From Camelus dromedarius (lineage: Eukaryota), in the NCBI RefSeq assembly GCF_036321535.1, contig NC_087463.1:12462001-12526000 (forward strand): a stretch of DNA of 64,000 nt, written 5' to 3'. The notes beneath the pieces are model-generated. The model saw only the letters and a program-made list of their open reading frames with translations. It was not told the origin of the DNA and did no database searches. A program made the position numbers and the translations under genes. Shown piece after piece: positions 61,592 to 64,000 of the stretch (positions are counted from its first letter, which is position 1; each line of letters begins with the position of its first letter).

Positions 61592-61795
61592 GTTTATTAC
61601 TGACAATTTCAAATATATCAAGTACACAGGATGTGTAATCAACCTCCATGCACTCAAACCAGCTTCTACCCATGTCAACTCATGGCTAACTTACTCATTT
61701 TCCTTCTCTCAGAGTACTATGACCCATTCTGAAGCAAATCTCAGATACACTGTTGTATCTCTTGCAAATGTTTTGATATAGCTCTCTAAAAAGAA
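61592..61795 (-). mobile_element. L1MC-like 3' end fragment
   Basis: gacaatttcaaatatatcaagtacac...aacctccatgcactc...ctgaagcaaatctcagatacac...gctctctaaaaag. Confidence 0.6.
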
Positions 61796-62930
61796 ACCGT
61801 CTCATCTCCAAGGAACCTCTGAGCCCTCCAAATGGTCCCTCCTTTTTACTTCCATGGCACTTTGCTTGCTCCCGACTAGAGCAAAACGGGTGTCTGTCTG
61901 TTTCCAGGTTGCCTCTCTTGCTAGATGGTAAGATCATGGAAGCCTGAGATCCTAGCCTAACAGACGGAAGCTCGCCGAATTGCACTGTGTTGAGCAGATT
62001 GGCACGCCTTCCACCCACCACTGGTGACCCTCCCAGCGCCTAACACACAGCACAGAGGTAGGTGCATCAGTACCTTGGTTATTCCTCTTTCAGATAAACC
62101 ATCGAGATGGTGCAAGGAGACCAATTAGAGTGTGGATTTTAGACTCTGGTTCTTAAGGGGTTTTTGTTTTTGTTTTTAAAAAATTTTTAAACTAGCCACA
62201 ATTTCAGTGCCTGTCCTCAAAGGCTACAGGAACCACCAGCCTCATTTCCCAGCATCCTGCAGAGGACCTCCTGTTTTCACACTTCTGATCCAGGCACCAA
62301 ATTTTCCTGCCAGAAAACACAGCTTTGGGTCATAAAATCATAGCCACTGAAACAAACGGCTGCCCATTTCCATCTAGAGTTCTCAGCTGCAAAAATCATT
62401 GTCTTTTCAAACAGTGTTTGTACATTTCATCAGTAAGTAGCCACCCTCTGCTTTCATTTTTGATGGCAAAATAATAGTGAGGAGGGAAAATATGGATTTT
62501 ATGAGAGTGTTCAAAGTTTTACATGGCAAGTCTGATCCTGAATTGCAATTTCCTTGGTCATAATTCTTAAGTTTTAATACGCAGTCAAATTACTTGGCTA
62601 TAAAACCACAGAGAGAAGAACAATTTTGATATTCCATGTTAAAATAACCATTTTACTGAATAATCAGGAGAGCTGAATGTGACTTTTATATTAAGATCCT
62701 TTTTTAAGAGTGTCATTTTATGGAATAGGAAAAAGTCTTTGGACATGAGACATCTGAAAAATAAAAGAAAAATGTTTTTATTTTTAAAAGCCACTAATTA
62801 AAGATGTTTGTCCATAGGAGAATTATGTAGAGAATGGGAATCATACGGTTTATGAGACCCGGGTTCTATTGGTAAATGTGCCACAAAGTAGCCCTGTGAC
62901 CTTGAACTCATAACCCAAGTTCCCTGGGTC

Positions 62931-63110
62931 TAGGGTTGCCAGATAAAATACAGGATGCCTAGTTAAATTTGGATTTCAAATAAACAATAAATACTTTTTC
63001 AGGATAAAATTGTCCCAAATATCATATTGGACAAATCTATCCCAAAATATTATCTGTCTGAAATTCAAAGCCCATTGAGAGTTCTGTATTTTGATTTGCT
63101 CAATCTTGCA
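62931..63110 (+). mobile_element. MER53 palindromic MITE (second copy)
   Basis: tagggttgccagataaaatacaggatgcctagttaaatttggatttcaaataaac...tgaaattcaaa...ctgtattttgatttgctcaatc. Confidence 0.85.
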
Positions 63111-64000
63111 GCTTGTCCTGAGTCACATTGTCTTCAGAAGCCCACGGTCTCTTTTCTTAGCTCTTCCTTTCCCTTTATCAATTTACAAGAAATATTTTTG
63201 CTAATCTGAATTTAACTAATTTCAATGTTTTTGATCTTTAAGTTGTTAAAGAAATATTTCTATTTTCTCATTAATTTTTACAAAGGTCTTTTAAATTTAT
63301 CCTATTCCCTATGAATAAGTAATCATTTCTGGATACAATCTCAGAATACTAGAATTTATCCAGTTCAAAAATAAAAAAAAATGTTCCCAGGTTATTTTAG
63401 GGCTTATAGAATTGAAAACAAAGAAATAAACAAATTCTAAGTGTCTTTCTTTTTGTAACCATTTTCCCTCAAGTGAAGACAGCATTATAAGATATGGCCT
63501 GCCCAAGAGTAGAAAGGAGATTCAAATCCAATAATTATTAGTAAACATCATGGTTAATAAGAGAACTTGAGATTCATGGCCAGAATCTTGGGGGTAAAAA
63601 AACCCAACCTGGTACAACATTAACGGTTCCTTATTTACTATTTAAATCAGGAAGCTAATCACTCCTTATTTACTTAACCATTTATACCTCAGGGGGAAAA
63701 AAAGGGTCAATTAGTTTAAAAAAAAAAAAAACAGAAAAAAATTGCACTGACTTTTAACAAGTTTGAATTTCATAGATCATATAATCCATTCTGGGCAGCC
63801 TGTATTGGTGATACCTGAGATCAAGGTATAAATTATGCCTATAGATATAAAATGTCCTCAGAAAGGATAAATAGAAAAATATTTCCTTAAGACCTGATTT
63901 GTATTTTCCCCAGTGTTAAATATATTCTTTACAATACTCTTTTAGCCAAAACTTATATCTTTAGCGTTTGTGCTTCTAATGAATTCTAGAACAGGTTTTT

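Noticed and set aside
1-64000. Search by eye for tRNA, snRNA, Y RNA, common miRNA mature sequences, CRISPR-like arrays and prokaryote-type operons
   Set aside because: None recognised. The sequence is repeat-rich mammalian DNA. An Rfam/miRBase scan would be needed to exclude small RNAs formally.

Overview
Mammalian genomic DNA, about 40% GC, most likely from a camelid (alpaca/camel). The assignment rests on a Vic-1-type SINE and several camelid-type L1 3' ends. The window is almost entirely non-coding and repeat-rich (L1, L2, MIR, MLT1 LTRs, MER5/33/53/58 DNA transposons) and has four N gaps (150, 226, 300 and 209 nt). A CpG island at about 1.3-1.7 kb looks like the promoter and first exon of a minus-strand gene whose body lies left of the window. 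I cannot name that gene. Short non-coding minus-strand exon candidates lie upstream of it (1716-1768, 2443-2497, 60049-60127). No protein-coding gene, RNA gene or CRISPR array could be recognised with confidence, and most listed ORFs are chance, repeat-derived or gap artefacts. Three observations stand out. First, a roughly 370-bp TSD-flanked element joins an L1 5' end directly to an L1 3' tail at an AG, consistent with a spliced or internally deleted L1 retrocopy (28997-29368). Second, an AT-rich but CpG-retaining, coding-like segment is interrupted by the 300-N gap (45.2-45.9 kb). Third, a diverged 207-bp tandem duplication is rich in FOX motifs (12.4-12.8 kb). Repeat family names come from my recall of consensus sequences, not from a database search.
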